DNA of 64,000 bases from Octopus sinensis. Taxonomy: Eukaryota. Where the stretch lies: contig NC_043010.1 in the NCBI RefSeq assembly GCF_006345805.1, forward strand, positions 27,404,001-27,468,000. Reading direction: 5' to 3'. The position numbers and the translations under genes are program-made. The notes under the pieces were generated by a model that made no database searches, was not told the origin of the DNA, and worked only from the letters and a program-made list of their open reading frames with translations. This document shows, in pieces, positions 12,161 through 24,993 of the stretch (positions are counted from its first letter, which is position 1; the number at the start of each line of letters is the position of its first letter).

Positions 12161-12431
12161 TAAATATAAGGTGATCTATTAAAATAGTTTATAGTTTATT
12201 ACAAGTGGTTAGCATACATAAATAAAAGTCATAAGACAAATATTTTTAAAAATATAACATTGTATAAAATACTTCTATACATAAAGAGGAAATCATTGAC
12301 AGGGCTCCTCAGTCCTTACATATTTTATGCACACTTATACTTTTAAAAATATGTTCTGTCTTATGACATTTATTTATGCATACAAACTACTGGTAATAAA
12401 TTATTTTTCATTTATTACCCTCATATTTACG
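12159..12431. repeat. Inverted repeat with ~100-bp arms and central CUGAGGA remnant
   Basis: CGTAAATATAAGGTGAT..AAGTCATAAGACAAATATTTTTAAAA versus its reverse complement ending ATTACCCTCATATTTACG. TCCTCAG at 12306-12312. Confidence 0.65.
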
Positions 12432-12809
12432 ATAGTAATAGAATTATGAGGCTACATAGGACACACTTTTAAATTTCTTTATTTACTGCGGGACTATGTA
12501 TTTACGCTCGCGCACCAAGTTAGAATCCTTAATGGACTAAAACTGTAGCTGTTTTGCGCATGTGTTTTCGGTATGTATTTGCAACTATATAATTTATTCA
12601 TTGATTAGCGATTCTGCTGATGAGCTACAGCTTCCAAATTAGTGTGTTTGGTAATTAATAGCAAAATTCGAGTTCAGGATTAACTATATTCATTTTTTTT
12701 TTGTTTGTTCTAATGGCGTGCCTCATGAATTCTCTTTTTTGTGGTTTGGGCTTTAACTGGCCTTTTTAGCATGTAAGGCGTCTTGTTAATGGTCTTCTCT
12801 TTGTATATA

Positions 12810-12836
12810 AAAATATTATATATATATATATATATA

Positions 12837-12892
<56 letters not shown>

Positions 12893-13260
12893 ATATTCAT
12901 ATACAAATACATATATATGTATGCGTGTGAGTGTGTGTACTTTTTCCTGTCCGAAGCGTCGAAATTTCCACTCCCTGCAGGCGAGTACTCCTTTTGACGA
13001 TTTCATTAAGTAATACAACTCTTACCGACGCAGACCAGCACTCAACATTTTGGGATTCTGTAAACGTATCTGCATACGTATACATACGCATATACATATA
13101 TGCATGTACATACATACATACATGTACGAATGAATATGCATATATATTTGTATAATACATGCTATACATGTATACACACACCACACACACACACACACAC
13201 ACATATTATATATATATATATGTGTGTGTATATATATATGTTTTCGTATATATATTTATA

Positions 13261-13312
<52 letters not shown>

Positions 13313-13450
13313 TATATATGTATATATATTTGTATATGTAATATACATATATATGTATATATGTGTGTGTACATGTAAATATACACATATATATGTGTGT
13401 ATATACACTAATATTTATACATATACACACACACATATATATTTTTGTGT
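12810..13450. repeat. (TA)n/(CA)n microsatellite tracts
   Basis: Directly visible. Confidence 0.85.
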
Positions 13451-13479
13451 ATAGGTAAAGGGGCGTATATGTGTATATG

Positions 13480-13650
13480 TAAAAGGGGGAGCTGACAGAA
13501 TCTCACGGCACTGGACAAAATGCTTAGCGGCATTTTCATCCCGTATTTACCCTCTAAGTTCAAATTGCTCCAAGATCATCTTTACTTTTCGGGGTCGATA
13601 AAATGATGGACCATTTGAGCATTGGGTTTGATGTAATCGATTTGAAGTGG
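13480..13650 (+). mobile_element. Degenerate Nin-domain SINE
   Basis: GAGCTGACAGAATC..AAATGCTTAGCGGCATTT..GTTCAAATT..TTTTCGGGGTCGATAAAAT. Confidence 0.7.
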
Positions 13651-14167
13651 TACAAGTCTAATATTCTTAATCTGTTCTGCGATCACTTCGACCTGCAATC
13701 GCTTCGACCTTCGTAATGTCGATTTAGATAGAAGGAGTAATCTAATTTACAGCAAAAACACTTTCATCACAGTAAACAAATCAATTGTGGTGCAACTTGT
13801 TCAGCAAAAGCAGTTACAGGATCCTCATGTGTCGTTTACGACAGGAAAGACCAAGTTGTGTGCGTGTGTATGAGCATGTATGTATGTGGGTGTGTATGGT
13901 AACTCGTTGGCCGAGCATGACCATCGCTGACTGGAGTGCCAGCAGTGACCTCACGCAGGGTTTTAAGACAATTGCCACTCTCACTGGTAGTAACAAGACG
14001 CCCAGTGACAAGAAGAGTGCAAGATGTTCGGCTCAATAGAGCAGCAGGTCTTATATACGAGTTGGCATTGTCCTAAAGGGAAGCCTTGACAACGATCTGG
14101 GGTCCCTCATTCCCATTGGGTCTACTACGCCATTGGACACCAACCCGTGTATTTCTACTTCCTGGTG

Positions 14168-14320
14168 TATGCATACATGCATACATACATACATACATAC
14201 ATACATACATACATACATACATACATACATACATACACACACATACATACATACACACATACTCACATACATACATACATACATACATACATACATACAT
14301 ACATACATACATACATACAT
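14168..14320. repeat. (CATA)n tetranucleotide microsatellite
   Basis: Directly visible. Confidence 0.9.
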
Positions 14321-14577
14321 TTCAAACCCATTATGATTCTAGCAACAGGATACAAACCAGCTCGTCTGCAGCTCAGTATGGCTGAAGTTGGGTATTTGGA
14401 GAGGGAATGCAAATCCTTAATTCTTCACCGCAAATGATTACGATATCTGGGACTATAAAAATCTGCAAAACTTCCTTAAGATATAAAGGATGGTGATTAA
14501 TAGAAGACACTTTCCTGCATAACCTTGCTACCAAGTAGGAGGCCGGCCAGAATTTATTTTAAAGAGAACACATACAT

Positions 14578-14625
<48 letters not shown>

Positions 14626-15206
14626 CGCGCGCACGCACGCATGCATGCATACAAGTGTGTGTATATATATTTATATATATTCATGTATAGATAGGCATAT
14701 TTACATATTTGCACATATATTCCCATATACTCGTCTGTCTGTTTGGCTCTCTCTCTCTCTCTCTCTCTCCCTCCGGCATTCTCTTTCAGTTTCAGTAAGC
14801 AGTAGCTCAGAACGTTCGTATTATTGTACACTTTCCAACCATCTTCCAGCCTTGGTCCTTATCCACGACAAGGTTAACAACCTCATTAAGTTTAATATTG
14901 CGTCCATCCGGCTAAACGCTTATTAACGCGTGAAATGTTTGTCTTTTGCAAATCTCCTTCATGCTAACTCTCATCTGCTTGGTTTTCTCGCGTCTAAAAG
15001 GTAGCCATATCTGATCTCCTTAAAACATCTCCAATTAAAATGAATCTTGTTGAACATAAAATGCTAACGGACGAGAAATTTCTGCGTTTGCTTGCATTTA
15101 GCCAAGATCCTTGCATTCATTATTTAATTTTCGTGAAACTATATTTTCTGCGAGTGTTTCTACTTTTTTTTCACGCTTAACTACTGTGGTGTAATGCACA
15201 ACTATT

Positions 15207-15400
15207 TCAATGCAATGCAACTTTTGAAAAGTAGCATCTTGATTCTATCATTGACGGAACTATTCCAAATATGGTAAAATTCTTCCATGGCGTTAATTGG
15301 CGTCTTTGGCTAAAAGCCCTTGTCCTACTACTTCCAATGTCGCATCGAATATAAAGCGAAAATACGAGATTAGAGAATGTCGTCACCATGAGAGAACATT
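15207..15400 (-). mobile_element. Possible pogo/Tigger-type transposase remnant
   Basis: Only weak resemblance of WKNFTIFGIVPSMIESR to the pogo DDE C-terminal region. Confidence 0.2.
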
Positions 15401-15808
15401 TCTAATTTTGGAACGCCAATCACCAAAAAGCATGACTTCTGTTATATATGCACACATACACACTTACTAGACCCGCTATGTGGTCGCTTGACGTGCTAGA
15501 AATATCAACTAATTTACTTGGCATCTTAGGCAAGTATCTTTTACTGTGGCCTCGGACTAACCAAAGCCTTGTGAGTAGATTTGGTAGATAGAAACTGAAA
15601 GAAGCTCGTCGTGCATATATATATAAAATTAATATAGACAGCTGTGTGAATGTGTGACCAAAAAGGAAAACTATAAACGTCAGTAAATATGAGTAGGGTA
15701 TTAGAACACCTACATTGCTAGAAATAAGAGCTAAAATGCCCTAATCCTGTATAAAGCACATAATTGTATACACATGCACTGACATAGATTGTAATCGCCC
15801 GAAAACAC

Positions 15809-15876
15809 CGGTCGAGAAATTCACTACACTGATCGGTCAGTTTCGGCTAATTCCATAACCTCATCAGCAGGGACCG
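15809..15876 (-). ncRNA. Type-I hammerhead ribozyme-like motif (cleavage-site G17 variant)
   Basis: CGGUC-CCUG-CUGAUGA-GGUUA uggaau UAGCC-GAA-ACUGA ccga UCAGU-G-UAGU gaauuucuc GACCG. Confidence 0.7.
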
Positions 15877-16379
15877 TTGATTCGGCTGATTCCAGACTTA
15901 ATCATCTGTCAGTATATATATATATATATAATATATATATATACATGCGTACGTACGTGTATGTGTGTTTGTGTTTGTCCCTCACCATCGCTTGACAACT
16001 GGTGCTGGTGTGTTACGTCCCCGATCAGGGGAATATCGGCCAGCTCGCCTATAACGTATACATATGTACACACACACATACACACACAGAAAGTGAGACA
16101 GACAGACAGACAGAAATTAAGAGAAGTTCGCTTTACACCAAGGTTCTGTCTCTACAATCTCTTCAAATTCTTTATTTTGATTCAGTATAATGTGGTTGTC
16201 TCTAATTTATGCTCTGGGCTACGACTTGTGTATTTATCGATTAAATCAACCCCGTTTCTTCACTACAAAAACAAAAAGTGACACTCATTAAGTGAAACAA
16301 ATAAACTTGTCGCGAAGAAGCGGCTGGTTTTAAGGTTTCAAGCAAGAAAATTCCTCATTAAAGAAAAAAATTAAGTAAA

Positions 16380-16735
16380 GCAACTCCCGGTATAAGGACG
16401 TGTGCAGGAGGGACATGAAGGCGCTCAACATCGACATCAACTCCTGGGAGGACCTGGCAGCGGACCGCACCAGGTGGAAAAGCACACTTCTCAAACAACT
16501 ACGGATCGGTGAAGAGAAGCTGTCCGCTGCAGCTGCAGAAAAGCAAGCCCGGCGTAAGGGATCGACAGCCGACAGACCGGAATCCACACACAGATGCGAT
16601 CTAAGTGACCGAAACTGTCATTCTCGCATTGGTCTCTATAGCCACAAGAGGCGCTGCTCAAGCTGAACGGCCCAACCTAGACAATAAATGGGAGGATGTG
16701 ATACCCATGGTCAGCCATGACCGAAGGTGGCCAAA
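16380..16735 (+). mobile_element. RTE-clade LINE 3' fragment
   Basis: ORF 16400-16666 CRRDMK..I....WEDLAADRTRWKS..C..C.R.CHSRIGLYSH.RRC, followed by CCATGGTCAGCCATGACCGAAGG stem-loop tail. Confidence 0.85.
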
Positions 16736-16749
16736 GATACGTCACATTT

Positions 16750-17765
16750 CTTTTCTTTCTAAATTCCTTCTATCTCGTGAACCATTGACGTTCGCTGTTT
16801 ACCAATGCAAACTGTTAACATGGACGACATTTGATATCAGAAACAAAACTGAACTAAATAACACACTTTGTTTACTTATATCATTAGGATTTGCGCCGTG
16901 TATCAAAATATCGACATCAAGACGGCTGTGAGCACTGTAAATGTTGTAAAGACATGACATGGACAGTTGCAACGGAGACGACTGAGCTGTGGCCAGCAGG
17001 AAGCGACACATCAGTCTTCGGACTGCGTCCGCACGCTGAAATTCATCTAACAACTGTAAGACAAGATGATGGAATACCCGAGTAGATGAATCTGAGCTTG
17101 GACGAGGTGTGATAGGTATTGGAGTCCATAGCATGAATGAGGACCTTCACCACCACTCGTACAAGAGACGCAAGAACTCTGACAGCCAAGGCGAAGGCCA
17201 AAGGGAACTAGGCTACCTGCACAGCCTTGGTATCGCAGACAGAGAAGTCGGTGTCTTTCTCAGCCGCACCCAACACCTGTTAATCCTGAACAATCCGAAG
17301 CATCCTGTTCAGCCGGAGTTGTGGTTCTTCTCAGATGAGAGGAGCTTCTGCCAGGAGTAATTGCACAACACCCAGAGCAACTGGTAGCTTGCCTACAATT
17401 CATGTGATGTCCCACACATCACGAAAACCAAGTTCCCCAAAGCTGTGACGGTCTTTGGGTATGTCTCTAGTAAAGGGGACATAATGCCGCCCCACATCTT
17501 TGAATAGGACCTTACGCTCAAGTCAGTCAGTTAGATGAAGCTAAAGGACACTCTGATCAAACTCCTGCAGGAAGGTCATGTGTGGCAGTAAGGTTTGGCC
17601 CTTTGCCATACCGCTGGAGAAAGTCAGAAGTGGCTGTCGGAGAATTCTTACCGCTTCATCAATCCCAATTTCTGACCTTCTAATTCCCCCGATTGTAATT
17701 CCAAGGATTAACAGGTGTTGGGTGCGGCTGAGAAAGACACTGAGTGCTCTGCCTGTGATACCGAG
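16750..17765 (+). mobile_element. Decayed Tc1/mariner superfamily transposon, DD37D (maT)-like
   Basis: Fragments WFFSDE, TKFP.AV.VFG.VSS.GDIMPPHIF, HT..SQKWLSENSY, PNF*PSNSPDCN. Homologous to 62180-63262. Confidence 0.75.
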
Positions 17766-18090
17766 GAAATCGACCCCAGGACTTATTCTTTGTACGCCTA
17801 GTACTTATTCTATCGGTCTCTTTGGCCGAACCGCTAAGTTACGGGGACGTAAACACACTAGCATCGGTTGTCAAGCGATGTTGAGGGAACAAACATAGAC
17901 ACACAAACATATACAAACACGTACATATATACGACGTGTTGCTTTCAGTTTCCGTCTACCAGATCCACTCACAAGGCTTTGGTCGGCCCGAGGCTATAGT
18001 AGAAGACACTTGCCCAAGGTGCCACGCAGCGGGACTGAACCCAGAACTATGTGGTTCGCAAGCAAGCTACTTACCACACAGCCACTCCTA
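17765..18090 (-). mobile_element. tRNA-derived SINE (family B; GGAGTGGCTGTGTGGTAAGTAGCTTGC head)
   Basis: Same sequence as copies at 40835, 44590, 49003 and 56795. Confidence 0.85.
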
Positions 18091-18787
18091 CTATTAATAA
18101 AACATTACAAAGTCTGTGAATTAGCAAACCCATCATAATGTCAAATAGATTGCTTGTCGGTATTTGTTTCGGTTCTCTGCTGCATGTGTTCAAATGTCGC
18201 TAAGAGCAACTTTGTCTTTCATTCGTTCGGGGTCAACAGATTAACAACTCCGATAGAGATGGCAAAAGAACCATAGCAAATTCAACAAAACCAAAATGGA
18301 GTTGTTTTTTTAACAGATGAAGCAACAATGATAGAAATGAAATGTTACATGAAGAGTAGAAATGGATTGGGCTGACGTAGAGATTCATTGAAAATGTTTC
18401 TAGTCATCAAGATAAATACAATTTCAGTACATTAGTCGTTAAAAGGTCTCTGTACTGTAAATGTGTGTGTGTGTGTCTATGCGCGCGTGCGTGTATTTTA
18501 TTTCCTGCTTGCAAATTGGTAGAAATCGCCTGGCTCTCACCAGCAACCGATACTGCTACACATCTCTAAATAAAAACCATTTCTGTTAGCATGATTGAAA
18601 CATTTCTCTGACACTAAAGCTAAGCAAACATTTTAAGATTTATGGTCGCTATGAAGTCTTAAAGTAGAAGGCAATTTCTCTTTAATATATCATGTGTTCC
18701 AGAGTGGCTGTACATGTCTACGGACGTGTGTCTGTTGTGTATATGTATGTTTGTTTATTTGATGTGATCACTGATTGGTTATTGAGG

Positions 18788-18830
<43 letters not shown>

Positions 18831-19142
18831 TCATATAAATACATACATATCGCTGTGAGTGTGTACACAGTTATAATTTATGCTTGTATGTGTCTGCCTC
18901 AGCATGATGTCTGCACATGCACATAATAAAAGAAAGCTTACGCACATAGATGTATACATACATACGTACATACATACACTTATACATATATGCAATATTC
19001 ACAGGTATTTTCAAGGAAAGAACAATGAAGCCGCGGTTATAACATCGAACACGAAATAAATCTGTACAGGAAAACGTTAGTTGATAACAATTTCATACAA
19101 ATTCACCTTTGTGTTTGCTTGTTTTTCTGCCTGACTCTGTTT

Positions 19143-19171
19143 CTAACTCTCAGTCTGTCTCTGTCTCTCTG

Positions 19172-19205
<34 letters not shown>

Positions 19206-19226
19206 CCTACCTACCTACCTACCTAC

Positions 19227-19318
<92 letters not shown>

Positions 19319-19346
19319 ATATATATATTATATATATATATATATA
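19143..19346. repeat. (CTGT)n-(CTAC)n-(CTAT)n-(TA)n compound microsatellite
   Basis: Directly visible. Confidence 0.9.
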
Positions 19347-19371
19347 CCGGAGTAAACACATAAATGTGAAA

Positions 19372-19409
19372 CTGTCCGATGAACGGCAACGGGAAACTCA
19401 GAGTAACAG
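19372..19409 (+). ncRNA. Degenerate minimal (Penelope-type) hammerhead motif
   Basis: CUGU-CCGAUGA-A CGG caa CGG-GAA-ACUC a GAGU-A-ACAG. Stem I 4 bp, near-palindromic stem III, stem II has a mismatch. Confidence 0.5.
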
Positions 19410-19517
19410 GTTTTGTTGAATCAAGCTCAGATAGACACGTATACAAACGATTAATACATGATTTTATATTATACACTCGCGGTCTTAAACATCCATCAAT
19501 ATTTAAGCTGTGATTAA

Positions 19518-20010
19518 GGCGGTGAACAGGCAGAATCGTTAGCACGCAGGGCTAAGTCCAAATTCTGCCGAGGTCGACTTTGCCTTTCGTCCTTTCGGGG
19601 TCGATAAATTAAGTACCAGTTGCGTACTGAGGTCGATGTAATCGACTGGCCCCTCCCCAAACATTTCAGGCACTGTGCCTAGAGCAGAAAAGAATCGTTA
19701 GCACGCCGGACGAAATGCTTAGCGGCATTTCATCCGTTTTTACGTTCCGTGTCCAAATTCTGCCGAGGTCGACTTTGCTTTTCTTCCTTCCGGAGTCGAT
19801 AAATTAAGTACCAGTTGCGGACTGAGGTTGTTCTAATCGACTGGCTCCATCCCCCAAAATTTCGGGCACTGTGCCTAAAGTTCAAATTCCGCCGAGGTCG
19901 ACTTTGCCTTTCGTCATTCGGGGTCGATAAAATAAATACCATTTAAACAGTGGGGTCGATGTAATCGACTCCCTCCTCCTCCCGAAATTGCTGGCCTTGT
20001 GCTAAAATCT
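19518..20010 (+). mobile_element. Tandem array of about three (partly truncated) Nin-domain SINEs
   Basis: Three repeats of AAATTC(T/C)GCCGAGGTCGACTTTGC..GG(G/A)GTCGATAAA..GTAATCGACT. Confidence 0.85.
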
Positions 20011-21299
20011 GAAACCAGTCTTTGAGCTTCGATTACATACGCACACAACATACACACACGCATATAGAGATGTACAACCGGTGATGAATACAAATGATAT
20101 GGGAAACGACACAGGAACACACGACATTAAAAAACAAAAATTACCTTCCACTTTAAAAGCTGACTGCGACCGTAAATCTTAAAATGTTTGCTTAGCTTCG
20201 GTGTCGGAGTAATGTTTAAATCATGTTAACCGGACTGGTTGTTGTTTAAAGAAGAGTAGTGCCATTAGTTGCTGGCGAGAACCAGGCGATTTCTGCCAGT
20301 TTGTAAACAGGAAAGAAAAGACACACACACACACCTGCAGACATTTCCAATACAGACACCGTTTAACTACCAAAGTACTGAAATTGTATCTATCTTGATG
20401 AATGCAAATACTTTCAGTGAATTTCTGCGTCAGATCATTTTTATTCTTTATATAATATTATGTTTGCTTGCATTTTCAATCATTTCTTTTGTGTGTGTGC
20501 GTGTGTGAGTGTGTGATTTATCGACTAAAAAAAACCAAGTCCATCTTGATTTTGTTGAAGTTGCTATGGTCCGTTACTATTTCTGTTGGAGTTGTTTTTC
20601 TCACGTTAAAGCGATATAATGAGAAATTTGCAATCCATCCCTATTCAATACGCAATATGGATTTTACTTATTTATTCATTTCCATTTTTACAAATAATTA
20701 TAGTTGTAAATACGTCAGTCTCAAGGTTAAAATGTGTATTCCCCCACACACACTCCTCTCACGTACACACACAATACACACACATACAACGATATACTGA
20801 CTTTTACATATATACACATATACATACGCAGACACGCACACACACACATATATGAACACGGCCGAGTTGAGAAAGCATTGATTGGAAATCTTATTCGTAT
20901 GTCTTGAATTTGTAAACTGCTGCAGGCGTTTTGTTACATTTCTAAATAGAGAAATTTATTTTACTTCCCCCTCGTTGATCGGAATAACTTCCAGATTACA
21001 GGAAAATGTTACCTCAGAAAAACTGGTCTCCTATCAATCCATTTCATATCAATATGTAAATTTAAAAAATCTTAGTCACTCACTAACGCACCTCTGACCA
21101 AGAGATATTCTGTCGATTACAGGTAAGCTCACCGCCATCAATTCACTGTGAAGAAAGTTCACTGTGAGGAAAGTTTACGGAGAAAATATTCCCATAGTAT
21201 CTCACCATTCATAGTTAAAAACCATTTTTTGAAAATCAAAAAAAGACAAAAAAAAACGCTCACCACCTGACGAATAGCGGCCATACCTGCTCACCGTCA

Positions 21300-22140
21300 A
21301 GGAAATGCGCGAGACGCCGCAGCCTCAGCGCATGCCTACGCATCAGCAACCACGGCATGCTCAGCCCTCCGTTCAGCAACTGTTGGCAGCTGATGGACAA
21401 GAGAAATGCGCCCCTTCCACAGAAAGTGAAAACCTATACGCTCCAACTTGTTCAGGCGTGATTCGAGGTACTGCACGATGGTCGGACGGTAATAGCTGAC
21501 GGATGCGATACACGTATTCGCCACCTATACCCGACCTTTCAGTGACATTTTCTTCTCAGTCCATTTCCGAGTGAGTTTGGCTACTCTAATCGTCCCCACG
21601 TCCCAGTTCTTGTTCACCTGGAGGTCCGGACCGAACCAGACCCCGAGTAGCTTAACCGGTCCGTCTATCCAGCGCCCTACGACGCTGTTGAACGGCATAG
21701 ACCTGCCTCTCCAGGTACCGAGTTGCAAGCCGACTGATTTGTCCGGGTTAATCTTCGCTCCTGTCACCACTTCATATTCCTTTAGAGCGGTGCCGATCGC
21801 CTCGTTGTGCGTGGAGTCGGACATGGCTACAGTGACATTGTCTGCATACGCCAACACGCTCCTCTCGCATCCTAGTTCTCGTGGGAAACCGCTCAACGCC
21901 TCCATTTTCCGTAGGAGTGACCCTAAGCTCAACACATACAGAAGAGATGAGAGCAAGATACCTTGGCGGACCGAACGCAAGATACTAAACGATTCCGATA
22001 GGTGGCCACTGTCCTTGACCACCGAGGAGGTGCCATCGTAAATTGTCGAGATCCAGCCCCTGAAAACCGGTCCAAAGCTGACAGCCCTGGGGACCGCTGC
22101 CAGATATCGATGGTCGACCTTATCCAAAGCTTTCTCTCAA
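21300..22140 (-). mobile_element. L1/Tx1-clade LINE RT fragment
   Basis: ORF 21525-22127 DKVDHRYL, FGPVFRGWI, SVRQG..LS.LLYVL, AYADNVTV, KINPDKSVGLQLGTW, VKLLGVWF. Continues as KLERIGFHFLWKG. Confidence 0.88.
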
Positions 22141-22989
22141 CCCCCACCACCACTATCTCAAAACCTTGATACTATACTATCCAGAACCGTCTAGAGTTTG
22201 GCCATTCTTCAGTTGATGGTGAATGTTTTCATGAACAGTAAAATTGTGTAAATATGAGATATGCCGAGGAATGGATAAACCAGAACATCTCAGTGTTACG
22301 ATAAAAAAAAAAGATAGAAGTAGTCTCTTTGCAGTCACTCAACCCCACCCCACTTTTTTCCTTACATTGCCAGAAAAGGAAGTGATGTTCCCACGACTCT
22401 TTTCGGGGTCTTCAAGAAGATCTCCCTCGACCTCAGACCCTATTCGAATGCTTGTAACGCAGCAGACCCGGCTAAAGAACCCCAACGTGTAGGTACCTGT
22501 GATATATTGGCCGACGGATGAAACGTTTAGCCAAATTTCTCTAAGATCGGATCTAACTCTCATATAATTAAACGTTGAATAACGTAGTCGTCAGTTCACT
22601 GTACTCGAAAAAGGGCAGGATAGCCACGGATGGAACGTTGTCTATTATGTCTGCTCGGCCACAGTTGATATGGAATCAACCAATCAAGGAGATGATGTTT
22701 GACCCATTATCTCTATCACTGATTCATCAGTAAAGTGAGTTTAACATTCTGCATACTCTATTTTCTTTGTTCATAACAACGTCACCGAAATATGATGCTT
22801 TCTGGATTTTTTGATTGCAGGTTCAAGGAACCGGATTTATTTTTAAAAGGTATCTTTGTAAAATATAGTAAATATATAAAGTATATGAATTCAGATCTAT
22901 GTGTAATGAATATCGCCATGCAGTTAAGCAAACGATGTCTTGATGTTAGTGTGTGGGTGGGAAGACACATTTTAAGCTTGGAAGCGACA

Positions 22990-23290
22990 TATTTGGCCCG
23001 GCACTCCGTCGATGACGACGACGAGTGTTACAGTTGATCCGATCAGCGGAACAGCCTGCATCTGAAATTAGCGTGCAAGTGGTTGAGTACTCCACAGATA
23101 CATGTAACCTTAAAGTTGTTCTCAAGGAGATTCTGCATGACCCACAGAATGTGTCGAGGTTGGCCCTTTGAATCACAGGCAGAAATTTGCCAGCTAAGTG
23201 GGCTGGAACAACCTGAAATAAAGTGTCTTGCTCAAGAATGCAAAGCGCCACCAGGAATTGGATTAATGAGCTTATAGTCATTAGCCAAAT
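22990..23290 (-). mobile_element. tRNA-derived SINE (third family), degenerate
   Basis: Minus strand head AAGGCGCATGACTGG..TTCTTGAGCAAGACACTTTATTTC, then body with CACTTGCACGCTAATTTC..CTGTTCCGCTGATCGGATCAAC. Confidence 0.6.
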
Positions 23291-23569
23291 ACCCCAGTCA
23301 TGCGCCTTCACTGCGATATATTTACAACAATAATTGATAGTAAAAATGAAAATAAATAAATGAGTAAAGTCCATATTGCATGTGGAATAGAAATGGAACG
23401 CAAATTCCTCATTATGTTGCTTTAATGTGAGAAAAATAACCCAACAGAAACAGTAATGGGCCAGTAACTACAACAAAATCAAAATCATATTGTGCTTTTA
23501 ATCGATAAATCAAAAATAAAAAAAAAATTATGTCAAAATCATGCCAGCAAGCAAAATATTATTTAAAGA

Positions 23570-23860
23570 GTAAAAATGGATTGATTTGTCGTAGAAATGA
23601 AATAAAGAACCAACTAGTTTCGTGGTTTTATACTTAAGAGATGAGGAATTATGTACATTATTTATATTATTTACATTGCTTACATTTGACGGATATTTGT
23701 CCTCTTCTTGCTTGTTGTTAACACAACATTTCGGCTGATATATCCTCCAGCCTTCATCAGGTGTCTTGGGGAAATTTCGAACCTGAACCCATATTTCAAG
23801 ATGAGGACAAAAATCCGTCAAATGTAAATAATGTAAATAATGTAGTTTCTTGGTCTTTAT
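23570..23860 (-). repeat. Penelope-like terminal-repeat unit with inverted arms
   Basis: 31-bp inverted arms (23680-23710 / 23797-23827, 2 mismatches) enclose a hammerhead motif. Confidence 0.6.
23720..23765 (-). ncRNA. Minimal hammerhead motif (stem III ACGU palindrome decayed to AUGU)
   Basis: GACAC-CUGAUGA-A-GGCUG gaggauauau CAGCC-GAAA-UGU-U-GUGUU. Confidence 0.7.
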
Positions 23861-24273
23861 TGCTTATTGGGTTTCGTTCATTCCTTTCTCTCCAAATATA
23901 TCGAGCTAAAAGCAGCGGAAATTTTATTTATTGAGATATTAACAAATTAGGTACCTGGAACAGCTCATTTGCATAATGATACGAGAAGGACACAGCGACA
24001 TAAATTACAATGATGCCAAACAAAACAACACTTATGAATAAATAAGTATAAGACTTAAACGCTTAAGAAATCGCTAAAGATAGCCCAGTCCAGATTTAAT
24101 ATTGATAAAAGAACCGTTAGAATGCAAGAAAAAAGCCTTATGGAACTTGTCCGGCGCAGAAGTCAACTTTATCTTTCTTTCCACTGAGATCGATAAATAA
24201 ATAGAGTACTAAAAGACCAATGATATCCACCGAAATTCTTCCCTCAAAATTGCCTTCTACTAAAACTTGAAAA

Positions 24274-24321
<48 letters not shown>

Positions 24322-24322
24322 G

Positions 24323-24868
24323 AGTGAGAGAGCAGTGCATGCCATGAAACTGGGGTAAAATATACGAAGCCCAATATACCCATCATGACTACCCGTCTGA
24401 TAAAGGTACACCAGGCACATGCATCACAACCATATGTGCACGACATGGTGATCTCATATCAAGATAAACAGCACATGACCTTGCAGGTGGGGCCCAGTTA
24501 GAATTTTCTTCAGGTTGAGTAGCCCATCCCGATCAAAAGGTCCCTGAATAAGGATTGTTTAAGGATGTTGAAAGAACCACCCATGTTTCCAGAGGTAAAT
24601 TATTCAAACCCCAAAGAATCCCTCTCAACACATGGCTATGATGCTCCCCCACTACTTCTGCTCGTGATCAGAGATGCACATATCATCAGCCACTAAGGGA
24701 CATGCTCTGGTTAAGGTCAAACAACTGACAAGCAAATCTGTGGTATTGAGCAGAATATTTGCCGTAGCCCATCTTTTATACCAAGACAAAACAATGTACA
24801 TGATAACACTTCCAATCAGTTAAGATCAGAAGCCATGAGAGCCACTGCCTGGTACTGCATCAGGGCAT
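24323..24868 (-). mobile_element. ~545-bp non-coding element embedded in (AAT)n
   Basis: Unique-complexity block flanked on both sides by (ATT)n arrays, immediately downstream of the Dong-like 3' end. No ORF. Confidence 0.45.
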
Positions 24869-24894
24869 TTATTATTATTATTATTATTATCATC

Positions 24895-24953
<59 letters not shown>

Positions 24954-24993
24954 CATTATCATCATCATTATTATTATTATTATTTTTATCATT

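Noticed and set aside
12612-12650. CUGAUGAG on plus strand
   Set aside because: No GAAA or stem III follows.
12945-13012. CUUAAUGA...GAAAUUUCGACG on minus strand as a hammerhead
   Set aside because: Core has two deviations and no consistent set of three stems could be assigned.
13888-14150. Long hairpins (GGCCGAGCAU/AUGUUCGGCU; GGGUUGG-UGUCC/GGACA-CCAACUC) as HDV-like or twister ribozymes
   Set aside because: No P3/L3, P1.1 or J4/2 signature and no twister consensus. Left as an unassigned structured repeat.
22339-22563. 74-aa ORF near the Tx1 RT fragment
   Set aside because: No recognisable motif. Cannot be assigned to the element or to a host gene.
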